From the NCBI GenBank assembly GCA_964106915.2, contig OZ066914.1: a stretch of 64,000 nucleotides of DNA. The stretch is one strand, 5' to 3'. The DNA is from Podarcis gaigeae. Taxonomy: Eukaryota. Position 1 is the first letter of the stretch; each line of letters opens with the position of its first letter. A program made the position numbers and the translations under genes. Shown one piece after another: positions 12,101 to 23,655 of this stretch. The notes below the pieces were generated by a model that was not told where the DNA came from, did no database searches, and worked only from the letters and a program-made list of their open reading frames with translations.

Positions 12101-15100
12101 GGGATTGGAGTAATCTGGAGTCTGGATGCAGCTAAGCGAAACACAGTGTAGCCAAGCCTTAGAACTGTATCTAGAATTCTGACAGTCTATAGATATTTAT
12201 AACTCAGAACTTTGGAGTAAAGAGGACCGTAACGTTGTAGAAACATCCGTGCTTCTCTTTGTATCTTCTAAGCTTTACTGTGACCCCTGAAGGCTGCAGA
12301 GTTTTCCTACCTTGTGGTGTCCAGTTTTGCTTCCCCTTGGGTTCCACCACCACTTCGGTAACTATCCACTTCCAAAAACACTCCCCTGACCCCCAGTGGG
12401 TAAAGCTGAAGGACCATGACATCCTGCTGAGTGAAGTCCTGGAGCTGCAGCCTCATGGGATTCATTTCCAGAAGGTAAGAAGAGCTCATGAAGTCATAAA
12501 GGAGTTTAGGCTAGAACTGCACTAATTCCCCCAAATCTTTCAACTTGGGCACTGGCATGGGGGAAAAGAAGAAGAAGAAGAAGAAGACTGGCCTGACAAA
12601 AAGTGGCCACTGAGAACCCGGTGTATTAAATGTGATAATGGTTGGGCAAATCACCCTTTGTGGCATTTAGGCTGCTGCCAATGAGGTTCAGCTTAATCAA
12701 ATGCGAGTTCCATCAGGAAAAATGCCCCAGGACAACCATTCTGCTTGTGAGATATGTAGAATGTGGGAATAAGATAAACAGAGATCTAGTTTGGGTAGGA
12801 CCTTTCCTTTTAAAAAAAAACAACAGCTGAAAAGGTATTTAATAATATAATCCCTCCCTTTTGCCATATGTTTTAAGAATAGTAAAACAATTAAGCACAT
12901 TATAAAACCTACACAGATTTGCATGCAAATATTATGAAACAACCAGGAATTCAAATAAATAAATAAATAAATCACAATTAGCCATTACATGTTATTCATT
13001 TACTTAGACTGAAGGCTGAGGGTGACAGATTATAGGTGCTAAAAATGAATTGCACTAAATAAATGTCATCAAAGTTCCCATCTCTCTGGCTGTTTAGCCC
13101 TGGCCCCTGAAACTCAGCAATGGTGTTCTTGCATGTTGTATGTTCTGTGCTTTGCAATCACTGTTGCGTGCAGCATCCCCAGTTAAAGAACCAGTGCAGG
13201 TCTGAAGGTTGGCTGGAAGTGTATAGAAGTTCTTTTTCGGTTCACCATGCAATAAAACCGATCTCTTACTACTAGCATGTCTGTGAGCTATGTGGGAACT
13301 GCTGCGTTTTCCCCAATCTTGACGCTGTAATATGCAACCTTCCATGCTGTTGCCCTCTCCGCTTCCTCTTTATGAGGTACAGCAGAAATGAGACACACTA
13401 ACAACCTTCGCTTGCTCTCCACGTCTTCCCCAATGGCTACCGGCTCCTGAGGTCCTTCTCTTGCTCCCTGGAGTTATGGAGATGTTTCCTTCTCAGTGGT
13501 TAACTCATGGAAACTGTCTTGTTATGTCTTGTGTTCTTCAAGGAGGTGCTGATCTGGCTGCCATATGCCTCCACGCAGTACCTGCATGACCGTGAGATTG
13601 TAATTCGAACCTTCAGTGGGCAAAATTGGAGTGACTTGAAAACCAGAGTGGAATGGAAAGAAAAGCCAAAGGTAGGCCACGAAGTGCAACGGGTTGTAAA
13701 ACATGCCAGTTACCTCACTTCTCAGCGAGTTCTTCCTTGCATCAGTTGGGTGCCATATTGAATTCCTGCTGGAAGCTTGGAGGGAGGGCTGAGCTGTAAT
13801 CTGCAGCTGCTTTCTCTTCAGTTTTGCCATGTGTTTCCCCTAGAGATTGTAATACGCAACACCCAGTTCGTTAACTCATTAAGGTCCTGCACCTAGGCAT
13901 GCTAAGTAAGTCTTATACTTGGTTTTATTTGCAACTGAGATGGGTGGCCTTTCACAAAGAGCCAGCATAGTGTTGTGGTTAGGCAGGGGAGACTCAGGTT
14001 CAAATCTCCACTCATTGGTGAAGCTCAGTAGGAGCCAGTCACTGTCTTCTAAACCTAACCTATGTGACAAGATTGTTGTGAGGATCAATTGGATAGGGCA
14101 ACAATCATGTGTGCCACTTTGAGCTCTTTGGCAGAAAGGTTGGTTATATGTGTAGTACCTTAGGAATTGCATTCTCATTTGTTGGCCTCTCTGTTCTGTG
14201 TACTGCCAAAGAGAGAGAGCTTTTAAGGGAAAGTTCTGTAAGTTAGTAGGTCTGTCAAACACAAATTGGACAAATTCAGATGTGATGATTATGAATGATC
14301 AACATGCTTGAGCTAGTTATTTCTGTGAGTCAGCTAGCTGTTTCATCATCTGAACGCCCAGATTGCAGAGGAGATGTCCTAGTTTTCTTAAAACCAGAGT
14401 TTCCCGGTTTGAATGCTGCAGGGAACTCTGGTTTAAGAAAGCAGGAAGTCTCTTCTGAAGCTAGGTGTGTGAGATGAGGATGAAGGGGCACACTCAAGCT
14501 TGTTGCTCATTATGTACAACCCAACAGGCTATGGCCTGTTGTTGGAAGTGGCCCTGTTACATTTGAGCCAGGCCAGTTTGTGGATATTTGTAAGGAGTAT
14601 AAGACCTGCGCTCATTTTCAGTGCCTGATTCCCTCTGTTTAAAGTATTGTTGCATGTTATAATGGTGCCTGTCTGTCCTTCCACACCCTCTGACAGAAGC
14701 ATGTGGCCTGTTGCAGCGTCCCTCACTTCTCCTGGTTCTTGGTTGTCTCTCGACTTGTGGAGAATGAATGCAGAGTTCCTCAAGAGGGAGCCTTGCTATT
14801 TTCAACTGTCGATCCCAACATCAAAGTGACCTTTCCCCCTGGCGTGACTGAGGAGACGAGGACAGTGAAGCTCCAGGTAAGCCTCTGCCCAGGAAGCCTA
14901 AAGAGTCCAGAAATGTATTCAAAGATTGGAGATTTAATTTTTTTTAAGTCCTATTCCAGTCAAGTTGCACAGTTTAGGTCATGAGTGCCTTAATGTTGCC
15001 CTGGTGTTATAAAATCAAAAAGACATGCCCTGAAAGAATTTTGGAAGCTCCTATTTGACTTATACAGTCACTGCTCAAATAATTACTTTTAGGAATAAAA

Positions 15101-18100
15101 CTATTGACACCTGTGGCTGGAATCTTTCCCAATATTGCTTCTGAGTGCAGCCTTTTCCACAGTGTAAGATCCCTCTTTGGTGGGACCCTTCACTTTCAGG
15201 AGCATTTTTTCAAGACATTGATAGCTGCTGTGGGAAGGGGAGTCTACAAAGTACATTGCTTGTGTAGGAAACCCCCACACTACCTGATGGAGCCAATTCC
15301 CCCCCTTTTTTAAAATGTTCAGGTGCTGCCCGTGTCTTCAGAGGACCTACAGGAGATCACAAATGATCCTGAGATGGTTGCTAGCCCCCTCCTCTGCCTC
15401 TCCCAGAATTCCAGCATCGACTTCCTTCAGCCTGTAAAAATTCAGCTCCCTCTGCCCCCAGGAGTCACAGGTAGGTTTGATCTAGAAATTCCCTCAGCAG
15501 AAGGGTTTTGACAGAACTGTTAATGCTTCCTTAGAATTACCACACCTGAATTTCACAGGCTAGTTAAATTTGCAGAACGTTGGTACAATTAAATGCGCTT
15601 TCAAGCTGGATAGTTAATCTTCTGTTGAGGAAATTGGGTTGTGCAAGTATAGTGCACTATAGCACACTGAACTGCAAGGTGCTCTTGTTTATTCTGGGCC
15701 ACGCCAGTCATTTCACAATTTCACATGTTCCATTGATAATCCAGTGCCGAAGGCCTTCTGGCGGTTCCCTCATTGCGAGAAGTGAGGTTACCGGGAACCA
15801 GACAGAGGGCGTTCTCGGTAGTGGAACCCGCCCTGTGGAACGCCCTCCCTTCAGATGTGAAGGAAATAAGTAGCTATCTTATCTTTAAAAGACATCTGAA
15901 GGCAGCCCTGTTTAGGAATTTTTTAATGCTGTATTGTTTTTAACACTCGATTGGAAGCCGCCCAGAGTGGCTGAGGAAACTCAGCCAGATGGGCGGGGTA
16001 TAAATTATTATTATTATTATTATTGGAACAAAACCTCATCCATCCTGATTATGCACTGAATATTGTTTGTCCTCGAGGTCTGTAGATAATAGCATATTTT
16101 CTTGGGTCCACAGGTCTGACCCTGGATCGCTCCAGGGTGCATCTGCTGCACAGTGACTGGAATGCTCAGAACTGGAATGACATCACCAGTCAGGTGGTGC
16201 TGGAGTTCACCCACCTCTATGCTTTGTTTGAAGTCACACACTTCTCCTGGTGAGTTGACCCAGGAGGCACACTTCATACATCTTCCTGGGCCAGCAAGAA
16301 GAGAAGGTTCTATCCCTTCCTGCTCTCTGTACACATTTTATATAACGTAAGAACTGGGAGCTCCACAAAGAAGAGACCATATTCATCCAGTTGTTTCCTC
16401 TTTCCTCTGAACAAGGGGTGGGAGTGGGCAGTCCACAGTAAGATAACTGTTTAGTATTCTTTGTTAAATGGTCCTCGGTTCCTGCTTCTCCACCAGGCAA
16501 GAAGGATCATTTGGGGCTTATATGAGCCAGGCTGCAGATCTGATTCTGGTTCTTACCGATTTCCTGCAGTGTATACTTGAACGTAGTCCAACTCAGGCTA
16601 TTTGTGTCTGTCTAGAACATTTAGCAAAGAATACAGACACAGAGGAATGCAATCTTATAGGCACCAGGTGTGCTGGACAAAATTTATAGTATCATAATGG
16701 CTTGTTCATGTTGCTGATTCACTCAGACATGGAGAATGTGAGTTGATCACATGAAGGCTGGCTTTGTATCTGCAGGGAAGCAGTTGTGCTGATGCCTCAT
16801 GCTTCACAGTAAATGCAAATGCACCATGGCACTTCATCCATCTGCTTTTAGATGCTTTGCTGCGGAATAGTAGATACTGGGATTGAGTTCAGAGTTTTGC
16901 TCAGGGTGAAGAAATTGCATATGCATTTCATCATGAACACCAATCAGCACAGGCACATTCAACTCATCACGCTAAGTATTGTCTCTGAGTTGTACCTTGT
17001 GGAATGATCATGTTTTGTTTTGTATGTGTATTCAATAATGAGATTCACAGCTTCTTCCTTTTCCTCAATCACACATCATTTCCTTGCTTTAGGCAGGTAT
17101 TTAAATAGCTGAATCCGATTGCCCCTACTGGGGGGGGGGTCTGTTTTCTGTATCATCTGTGCAGTTTTCCTTTGACAAAGAAGTGCAATTGCACACCTCC
17201 ATATGTTTCTTCTCACCAGTGGCGTAGCGTGGGGGGTGCAGGGGGGGCCGGCCGCACTGGGCGCAACATCGGGGGGGCGCTCGCACTCGCAGCTCTCTGC
17301 CCCCTGCTTAAATCCATGGGTTAGGGGGCACAAATTACTTGCCTTGCCCCGGGTGCTGATAACCCACGCTACGCCACTGCTTCTCACATAGAGAAACAGA
17401 ACTTTGCACTTATGCCACCCCCATTTGCAATATATGTGCTCACAAGCGAAAAAAGCAAACAAATCAAAATGATTTTGCAAATCCCCACTCTTTCCCCCAG
17501 GTACTGGTTGTGGTGCACCACCAAGACCTATATTGGTGGCTTTGCCAAATATGTCTATAAAAGGTTGCGCATGTACCAGGTGAACTTCATAGCTCTGCAG
17601 AGGAAGAAAGATCCTGAACAAGTCTTGCTGCAGTGTGTCCCAAAGCACAAGGTAAATTGTTCACTGTCCTGGTTTTGTGTGTGTACATGCACATGCAGTA
17701 GTGCCCATCCGCTTGTGAACTGCAAACATGAAATGCAGCCAAGAACATATCTATGTTTAGAGCAACTTGTAACCCACCAAAGTAAACACGGCCCTCTGGT
17801 CACCAGAGGATCAGTAAGCCGCCTGCTGTTGCTCTCTTCCTGAATTGCAAAAAAAAGAGGAGGGCACAAGTTGTGCAGTGCTGGAGCAGGAGCTGTGCTC
17901 ACTAGCATGAGCTATATAATGCATGAAATCCAGAGAGACCTTTCTGGGTTTGAAGCGGGGTGGGTGGGAACCAGCTGGTTGTGAGTAGAGCCTTCTCCTA
18001 TGAATACTTGAGATTGGCTTTGTGCGTTATTTTATAATAGGCTTCAGTAGAAGTAAGAGCAGCAAGCATGGTGGGAGCAGGAAACATTGGCTAGTGCAAT

Positions 18101-21100
18101 CTGTGGTTTGCTGCAGCAGGGTGAACGAGCCCAGCTTAGGTGTTCAGCTTGGCATGAGTCCTCATAATGGGGGTAACAGAAGCAAAGAAAGCAACAAGAA
18201 TGGCTGGGGTAGTGCAGCAGAAGCTACCCTTTCAACACTGGGTGTCACTGCCGTTTACAAAGGATGGGTGTGGCAGGGTAGCAGTGAGTTCAGGGTTTTA
18301 TGGGTGCACTAGTGCGCCCAGTCTGGTACCCCTGCTGGTGTGCCCACGCCGCCCAGACCTTGCTACTGGCTTGGCAAGTGGCAGCAGCCCTGGGGTCAGG
18401 AGGGTGGTTCTGAAGCACCGCACCAGCTGCTCTTGAGTTTATGAAGCTTCTCCCTCAGAAACCTTCATCCTCCCATTGAAACCGCACAAAGAGTAATGAA
18501 ATGAATTGGCTCTGTGAACCCCCAAGATCTATTTTTTTTAAAAAAAAAATCTCTTCCTGGATGTCTTGTAGGTTGATCCTGTTTTGAAAAGGCTCCACGA
18601 CAGATACCGAGGCCCTGAGCCATCGGACATGGTAGAGATGGTTGAAGGGGAGCAGTTCTTTGCAGCCTTTGAACGAGGCATCAGCATTGATGCAGGTAAA
18701 GTGCAGCAGAGCCCGCTTGTGTAAATACCCCTGAAGAACAAAGGGACTTGGCCCTTGCCCGCCAACCTCAAATCTGTTGACCCAAAGGGGTCTTCTGAAA
18801 GGAGGAGGCTTTTTCAGGGCTCAGAAGTGATTGTGCAGCCACAAGCTTAAGTCAGACTTGCTTATAAATAATAATAGCAGTACCTCTTGATTTTTGTGCT
18901 GGCCACTGAATAGGAGAAGCCCCTTCCTTGGCTACCATTGAGATGCTAATGTAAGATAAGACACCATGTTTCCCTGGCCCTTTGCCTGTCCAAAGGGGTC
19001 TGCTCAGCAGGTGATATTCTCCTGCATTGGGCCATAGTGGATGGTGGGAAATCCCCCATACCAGTCAGTGAAGACAGATCATCTATCAGTGAGTATGTCC
19101 ATGCAAAACCATTGATTTTCTCATTTTCGCCGGCCAATTAATGATGCAGAATCAGGGCGGGGGGGACTGGATTATCCCAGATCCTCATCTTGCCCCCACA
19201 CCCCAACGGGCCAACTTTGACAGGTGGGCAGGACCCTATTTGTCTTGCTGTCCCTTGATTTTTAGCCTTTTATAGCACTGTGGCTTAATGCAAACTGATT
19301 ATTTGCCTACATTGCCTCCAACTTAACTCAGACCGCCCAGACTGCACTGACGGAAGGATTTCATTCAACTTTTTCTCTCACTTGAAAAACGTGAAGGAAG
19401 TCTACATCACCTCTGAAGTGGACAGGAAAAGCAAATCTGTGAAAGGGCAGGTACATCGGTTTCTCCTTCTTGGCCCCAGCCAAGTTTCCCATGATATATT
19501 CATTTATGATACGCATCTTAATAAATGGACACATCTCTCATTAACAAATGTATTCCTTTTCCTCCTTGTCCTCATTCCCAATCATGTGCCAGTTCATAAA
19601 CAGGGTTACTTATCTTCTCAGAGTCCATGGCCATGATCCAAAACATGAGTGTACTTAAATCCTGCTGGAACAAATCAGAGTTAATTGCTCCAGTCCCACG
19701 TATTTCTCTGGATTGCACTCATATGTTTGTGAAAGGTGCAGAATCCAGTCCCTAGCCCAGAATCTTAATTTTTTAAAAAATGCAAAATGTTATAGAGAGA
19801 AATTTCAAAACATGCAAGCCCTATTTGCAAAAGGCTTCAATGACTGATGGGGTCCAGGTAGGGTCTCCTGCCTAGGTTTGCCAAAACGCCTTCACTTTTC
19901 CAAGCATCAAAATTGTTATAAAACCTCAAATATTGGTGCCAAAATAAACCATGCAAATTTAGCTAGCTATATTTTCCAAGAAAGCTCTCTTAAGCAAGCT
20001 GAGAGATCATAAATTTTAGTACGTGTTGTGTAACTTGTTCCAAATAAGACCATAGGCATAAATTATATTTAGTTTCATCATTTTGTGCCTGGGTAGGAAC
20101 AGAATCTTCTCTGGCATACAAATTCAATGGTTTTGGTGGGGCAGAGGAGGGCAAGTGGGGAAGATGCCAACTCTGGCTTACTGACTTCGAAGAACATAGC
20201 ATGAATCCTCTGTAATCAGTGGAGGATGCACTTTATTGCCATTAATATCTGTGCTAGCAGGAACAAGGGGAAATGGTGGAAGGACCCTGAGGGACAGGCA
20301 GGGAAGTAAAGATCACCCAGGGTGAGAGACTGGGAAAAGAGAGGAGAGTTCCAGGCGTCGTTTTCTGTGGCTGGCTGGGATTAAGAGTTACTTCGGATAG
20401 AGGGAAGATTCTGTATTTGTGCACCATTTTTGCATTTTAGATATCCTGCTGCTGATTTTCTCCTCCCTTATTTTTGTTATGTTGCAGTGGTTAAGAGAAT
20501 CCGTATTGTGTGTGGATCTGTGGTCTACAATGTGTTTCCTATTATTATAATAGCATTTTTGTAACTTTTTTGATCTTTTAAGGTTTCCTTTTACCGAGGT
20601 GCTGTTCCAGAGGACATTCCTGAAGAGGTTACCAAGAGGAGGAAAGGCCCTGATTCCCATTGGCTAGCCACCTTGCCAATCAAGCTACCCGTAAGTTGCC
20701 TAAGATCCCTGGTTCAGTCCCCAACATCTCCACATATGGCTGAAAATGTCTCTTGTCTGAAGCCCTAGAGAGCCACTGCCAGTCAATGGAGACAGCACTG
20801 AAGTAGATGGATCAATGGTCTGGCTCAATATATAGTAGCTTTCTATGTTCCTAAGTGGAGAGATAATTGTGGCATGTTCGATCGCTGTGTTGCTGTTTTT
20901 TCTTAGCCCATGAATAATAGACATATGTGGGTTTTTTATTCTGATTTGGCAGAAACTGAAATCCCAGGGGAAGGAGCAGCCTACAACCCCAAATGGCTTT
21001 TCTCTTCCCCCTCTGAATTTGGGGAATGCTGAAACTGGCTACTTGACCCAGGCCAACCTACTTGCCATTGCCAGGCGTGTTGGAGCTGATTGGCCAACGA

Positions 21101-22343
21101 TTGGCTTAAACCTGGGTTTGTCTTACCAAGAGGTAGAGCAGATACGATACAATTACAGGTGAGTGAGGCTGAATCTAGCCCTAAAGTGGCAAAAACACTG
21201 CCAAAACAGCCAAATAATGATGGAGCAGGCTCAGTAGTTGCAGAATATTGAGCATCAGTTGAGAAAGAAAAATGAAACACTGATTCTTTTGACCGGAAGC
21301 CAGGGAGTCCTTGAGCTCCTTACAGCATAATATAACAGGAATGGGAAACTCCAGGTGTTGGTGGTATTCAGCTCCAGCCAGTACAGCCAGTGGTCAGAGA
21401 TTCAGGAAGTTGTTGTGTAGCAACATCTGAAGAACTTTGCTAGCATATAGCAACAGCCTAGAGGGTGTGACTGGCTGGCACCCTGAACAAGAGCACTCCA
21501 ACACTTGGTAGCAGGTCTTAGATGCTTCTCATTTTCTTCTTGCAGAAGTTGTTTTGTCTCCCTCTCTCCAAACCTCAGAGAATGACTGGAAAATGAAAGC
21601 TGGGATTTGCAAAATATTGGGGTGGCTGGCAATAGATGGGTGGAGGCCAGGACTGAAAGAAGTGAGGGGCTGGAACTTTTGATGAGTGCAAAATCCAAAA
21701 CCAGAATCCTTCTGGTCTTTAGACAATTATAGAAAATGTCTGTGAGCTTCCATGTCCCTTCCTCTGCCCCATAAGGACTGAAGCTTGTTTTTAAAACACG
21801 TGTGATTTCTCAGGTGGTGCTAAATTAGGCAGAAGAACCTGCAGCTTTGATAATGCCGACCTTTCTGTTTCCGTGTCCCCTCCTCTACAAAGCCAGTTGG
21901 TAGGCTTCTGGAGAAGTGGTTGGGTTGCTGCCTAATCTGAAATTTATTTTTCCACTGGTTGCTAATGAAACATGTCTTAGGATTTTATTGTTTTATGCTT
22001 TGTGTGTTTCAAACTATTGTAAGCTGCCTGGAGCAAATGAAAAGGCATATTGTAAATATTTCAATGAGACTCACCATTGTGTGCTGCGCCATCTGTATTT
22101 TCCAGAGACGACCTCGGTGCTCAGGTTCTGCATATGCTCTTCTCCTGGGCTCAGCAAAATGAAAAACACCCCGACTGTGTCGACAAGCTGATCAGCGCCA
22201 TGAAGGAGAGCGGCCGCCAAGACATAGCAGATGAAATCACAGCCATCATTGCGCTGGGAAGGCAAAAGTACAGAGAGTCCATCAGGAGAGTGGGTCTAGA
22301 CCAGGAGAGCAGCACCGAAGACTCTGCCATTGCCATGGTGTAG
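4750..22343 (+). CDS. PIDD1: PIDD1 (p53-induced death domain protein 1), complete spliced CDS: join(4750..5014,6934..7347,8619..8822,10739..10796,12273..12474,13543..13671,14697..14876,15323..15470,16114..16249,17501..17651,18572..18695,19332..19450,20583..20690,20953..21158,22106..22343), 893 aa
   Basis: Spliced by hand. All introns are GT-AG, phases are consistent, and the total is 2682 nt with no internal stop. The product has LRR-ZU5-ZU5-UPA-death domain architecture with PIDD1 signature motifs: LAGNRLNLDVYP, VPHFSWFLVVSR, VTHFSWYWLW, DPEQVLLQC, LNLGNAETGYLTQ, RDDL..Q..HMLFSW. Confidence 0.97.
6934..7347 (+). CDS. PIDD1: PIDD1 exon, LRR1-5
   Basis: Acceptor cctgcag| and donor TTG|gtaagt. 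Contains LxxLxLxxNxLxxLP repeats (ORF 6882..7382). Confidence 0.96.
7739..7788. repeat. (ATT)n microsatellite, tail of a LINE
   Basis: Read directly; it follows an L2-type 3' end. Confidence 0.95.
8338..8466. other. Assembly gap (129 N) inside a PIDD1 intron
   Basis: Run of N. Exon phases on either side are compatible, so no coding exon needs to be hidden in it. Confidence 0.99.
8619..8822 (+). CDS. PIDD1: PIDD1 exon, LRR6-7 and LRR cap (HLRGNPLG)
   Basis: Acceptor ttgcag| and donor CAG|gttaat. ORF 8624..8827. Confidence 0.95.
9109..9160. repeat. (GCT)17 intronic trinucleotide repeat
   Basis: Read directly from the sequence. Confidence 0.95.
9236..9371 (+). mobile_element. hAT-type MITE
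   Basis: CAGGGCTTTTTT...AAAACAGCACTG termini and an imperfect 8-bp TSD (cccagatc/cccagaag). A second copy lies in the opposite orientation at 42393-42528. Confidence 0.65.
10739..10796 (+). CDS. PIDD1: PIDD1 58-nt linker exon (DSNSRPEKLQRLFLEAGEDS)
   Basis: Acceptor ttgttgcag| and donor TAG|gtattt. It restores phase between flanking exons and resembles human ..MPRLFLTSDLDS. Confidence 0.85.
12273..12474 (+). CDS. PIDD1: PIDD1 exon, first ZU5 domain (FTVTPEGC...LELQPHGIHFQK)
   Basis: Acceptor ttctaag| and donor AAG|gtaaga. ORF 12259..12525. Confidence 0.95.
13543..13671 (+). CDS. PIDD1: PIDD1 exon, ZU5-1 (EVLIWLPY...REIVIRTF...WSDLKT)
   Basis: Acceptor ttcaag| and donor AAG|gtaggc. Confidence 0.93.
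13960..14150 (+). mobile_element. Degraded tRNA-derived SINE
   Basis: A/B-box-like head (ggttcaaatc) and a cctaacc..ttgttgtgaggat core. Similar remnants at about 23480-23660 (+), 35030-35190 (-) and 36990-37200 (-). Confidence 0.5.
14697..14876 (+). CDS. PIDD1: PIDD1 exon with the first HFS autoproteolysis site (VPHFSW)
   Basis: Acceptor tgacag| and donor CAG|gtaagc. CAC TTC TCC at 14724-14732. Confidence 0.96.
15323..15470 (+). CDS. PIDD1: PIDD1 exon, ZU5-2 (SPLLCLSQ...FLQPVKIQLPLPPGVT)
   Basis: Acceptor gttcag| and donor CAG|gtaggt. Confidence 0.95.
15741..16025 (+). mobile_element. L2-clade LINE 3' fragment in a PIDD1 intron
   Basis: Encodes RAFSVV..LWNALP..FKRHLKAALF, the C-terminus of L2 ORF2, followed by a 3'UTR ending cagatgggcggggtataa and an (ATT)n tail. 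The same tail occurs at about 7700-7788 (+) and 10415-10480 (-). Confidence 0.75.
16114..16249 (+). CDS. PIDD1: PIDD1 exon with the second HFS autoproteolysis site (WNDITSQVVLEFTHLYALFEVTHFSW)
   Basis: Acceptor ccacag| and donor TG|gtgagt. CAC TTC TCC at 16239-16247. Confidence 0.96.
17217..17379. mobile_element. hAT MITE, 163 bp, young
   Basis: Perfect 17-bp TIRs (CAGTGGCGTAGCGTGGG) and a perfect 8-bp TSD CTTCTCAC (17209-17216 and 17380-17387). CpGs are retained. Confidence 0.9.
17501..17651 (+). CDS. PIDD1: PIDD1 exon, start of the UPA domain (YWLWCTTK...DPEQVLLQCVPKHK)
   Basis: Acceptor tttcccccag| and donor AAG|gtaaat. Confidence 0.96.
18572..18695 (+). CDS. PIDD1: PIDD1 exon (RYRGPEPSDMVEMVEGEQFFAAFERGI)
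   Basis: Acceptor cttgtag| and donor CAG|gtaaag. Confidence 0.96.
19332..19450 (+). CDS. PIDD1: PIDD1 exon (DRPDCTDGRISFNFFSHLKNVKEVYI)
   Basis: Acceptor actcag| and donor CAG|gtacat. Confidence 0.95.
20583..20690 (+). CDS. PIDD1: PIDD1 exon (VSFYRGAVP...WLATLPIKLP)
   Basis: Acceptor tttttaag| and donor CCC|gtaagt. Confidence 0.95.
20700..20853 (+). mobile_element. Squamate SINE remnant (Squam3-like)
   Basis: B-box-like ggttcagtccc, body gagagccactgccagtc...gatggatcaatggtctg, and tail ctatgttccta. The family name is from memory. Confidence 0.5.
20953..21158 (+). CDS. PIDD1: PIDD1 exon, N-terminal half of the death domain
   Basis: Acceptor ttggcag| and donor AG|gtgagt. Encodes LNLGNAETGYLTQANLLAIARRVGADWPTIGLNLGLSY. 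Confidence 0.96.
22106..22343 (+). CDS. PIDD1: PIDD1 last coding exon, C-terminal half of the death domain, TAG stop
   Basis: Acceptor ttttccag|. Encodes RDDLGAQVLHMLFSWA...GRQDIADEI...LGRQKYRESIRRVGL...SAIAMV*. Confidence 0.96.
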
Positions 22344-23655
22344 CTGCCGGCAAGAGGCCTCCATTGCCTTGCTGTGGCTTGCATTGGGCAGGCAGGAACC
22401 AGGCAAAGGACTGGCAGTGGATCCGTGAAGGAGCTGAGGCTGAGGACTGTTGACAACATGCATCTAGCCCCACGTACTAATGCTTGGTCTCTTGTCAAGC
22501 CCCCAGATGTTCTCACCCAGGGCTGCTAGAATGAGAATGACCAGCCAAACATTAATGACGCAGAGACATGCTGAGCCCTAAATGTTGCCAGTTTGGTGAC
22601 TTACTTATTTCATGTCCACCACTACTCCTATAAGCGGAAAAAACCATCTGTGATCTGTTGTTAAATTCAAGATGATTTCTGTGGGTGTCACCATACCCTC
22701 AGACACCCTCCTTGGTTCTTGGCAAGGCCTCCTGCCCCTCCTAAATTGCATTCTGATTCTTCCATGGGGCTCAGCTATCTGGAAAACAGACGCTACCTCC
22801 CTCTTAGCACTCCCCCACCTTGTATGCTTGTGGGCCCCACAATGGGGTGCTTGGCCTACTTTTTTGTCTGGCCAATAGTATGGTGTGTCTGTTGCCTGCT
22901 TTTTTGGGTTGGGTGTTGCCTACTTTGTCTCCATTTTTATTTTGTTGTTTGGGGGTGGCAATTGGTATTTTGCCTCATGTTTTGAGGGGGAGGTTTCCTG
23001 AGCATTGGCAGTTTTTCTTCTGTGGAATGGGTATTTTGTGGAACCCGTAGAAGAAATTCCACATTGTTCTAAGAAGCTTGTTCTCTCAGCACAAGCGCTT
23101 CCATTTGCCTGATGGGATCTCCTCTCTCCTCCCCTATCTGCTGTTCTGGGGATTTTCCTTACCCAATTGGGAGGGGGCATGGGGGAGGGGAGGAAAGCCT
23201 CATTGTGCTAACAGAAGTCCTTGTGTGGGCTTCTGGTAGCAGGACCAGTTAGTTAAATCTGGCATCATGACATTTTCTTAGACTTCCAAATCCTCCCTTG
23301 GCTCTAGAAAGGTTGGAAGGCCTTGCTCAGAGAAGATTCTCTTGTATTCCCCCCAACATACATGGCTTTAGATTTTATTTTAATAACTGAAGGATCATGG
23401 GATTTGGGAGTGGGAGCCAGGAAAACTGACATGTGCCTGCTATCTGCTGTCAGACTTTACATCTGGTTCACTTGGGGAAGGACTCTGGGCCTACTACTCC
23501 CAGTTGGGAGAACTGTTGCTATGCCTTGTTATTAACTGCCAGTTTCTTCTGGTCTCGGCTGCTATCTCTCAACCTAGCCTACCTCACAGGATTGTTGTGA
23601 GGATGAAATGCAAAAGCATTGAGCTGCTTGGAGGGAAAAGGCAGGGCACAAATGA

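Noticed and set aside
17076-17648. 190-aa minus-strand ORF and other antisense ORFs over PIDD1 exons
   Set aside because: Shadow frames of real exons and of a GC-rich MITE.
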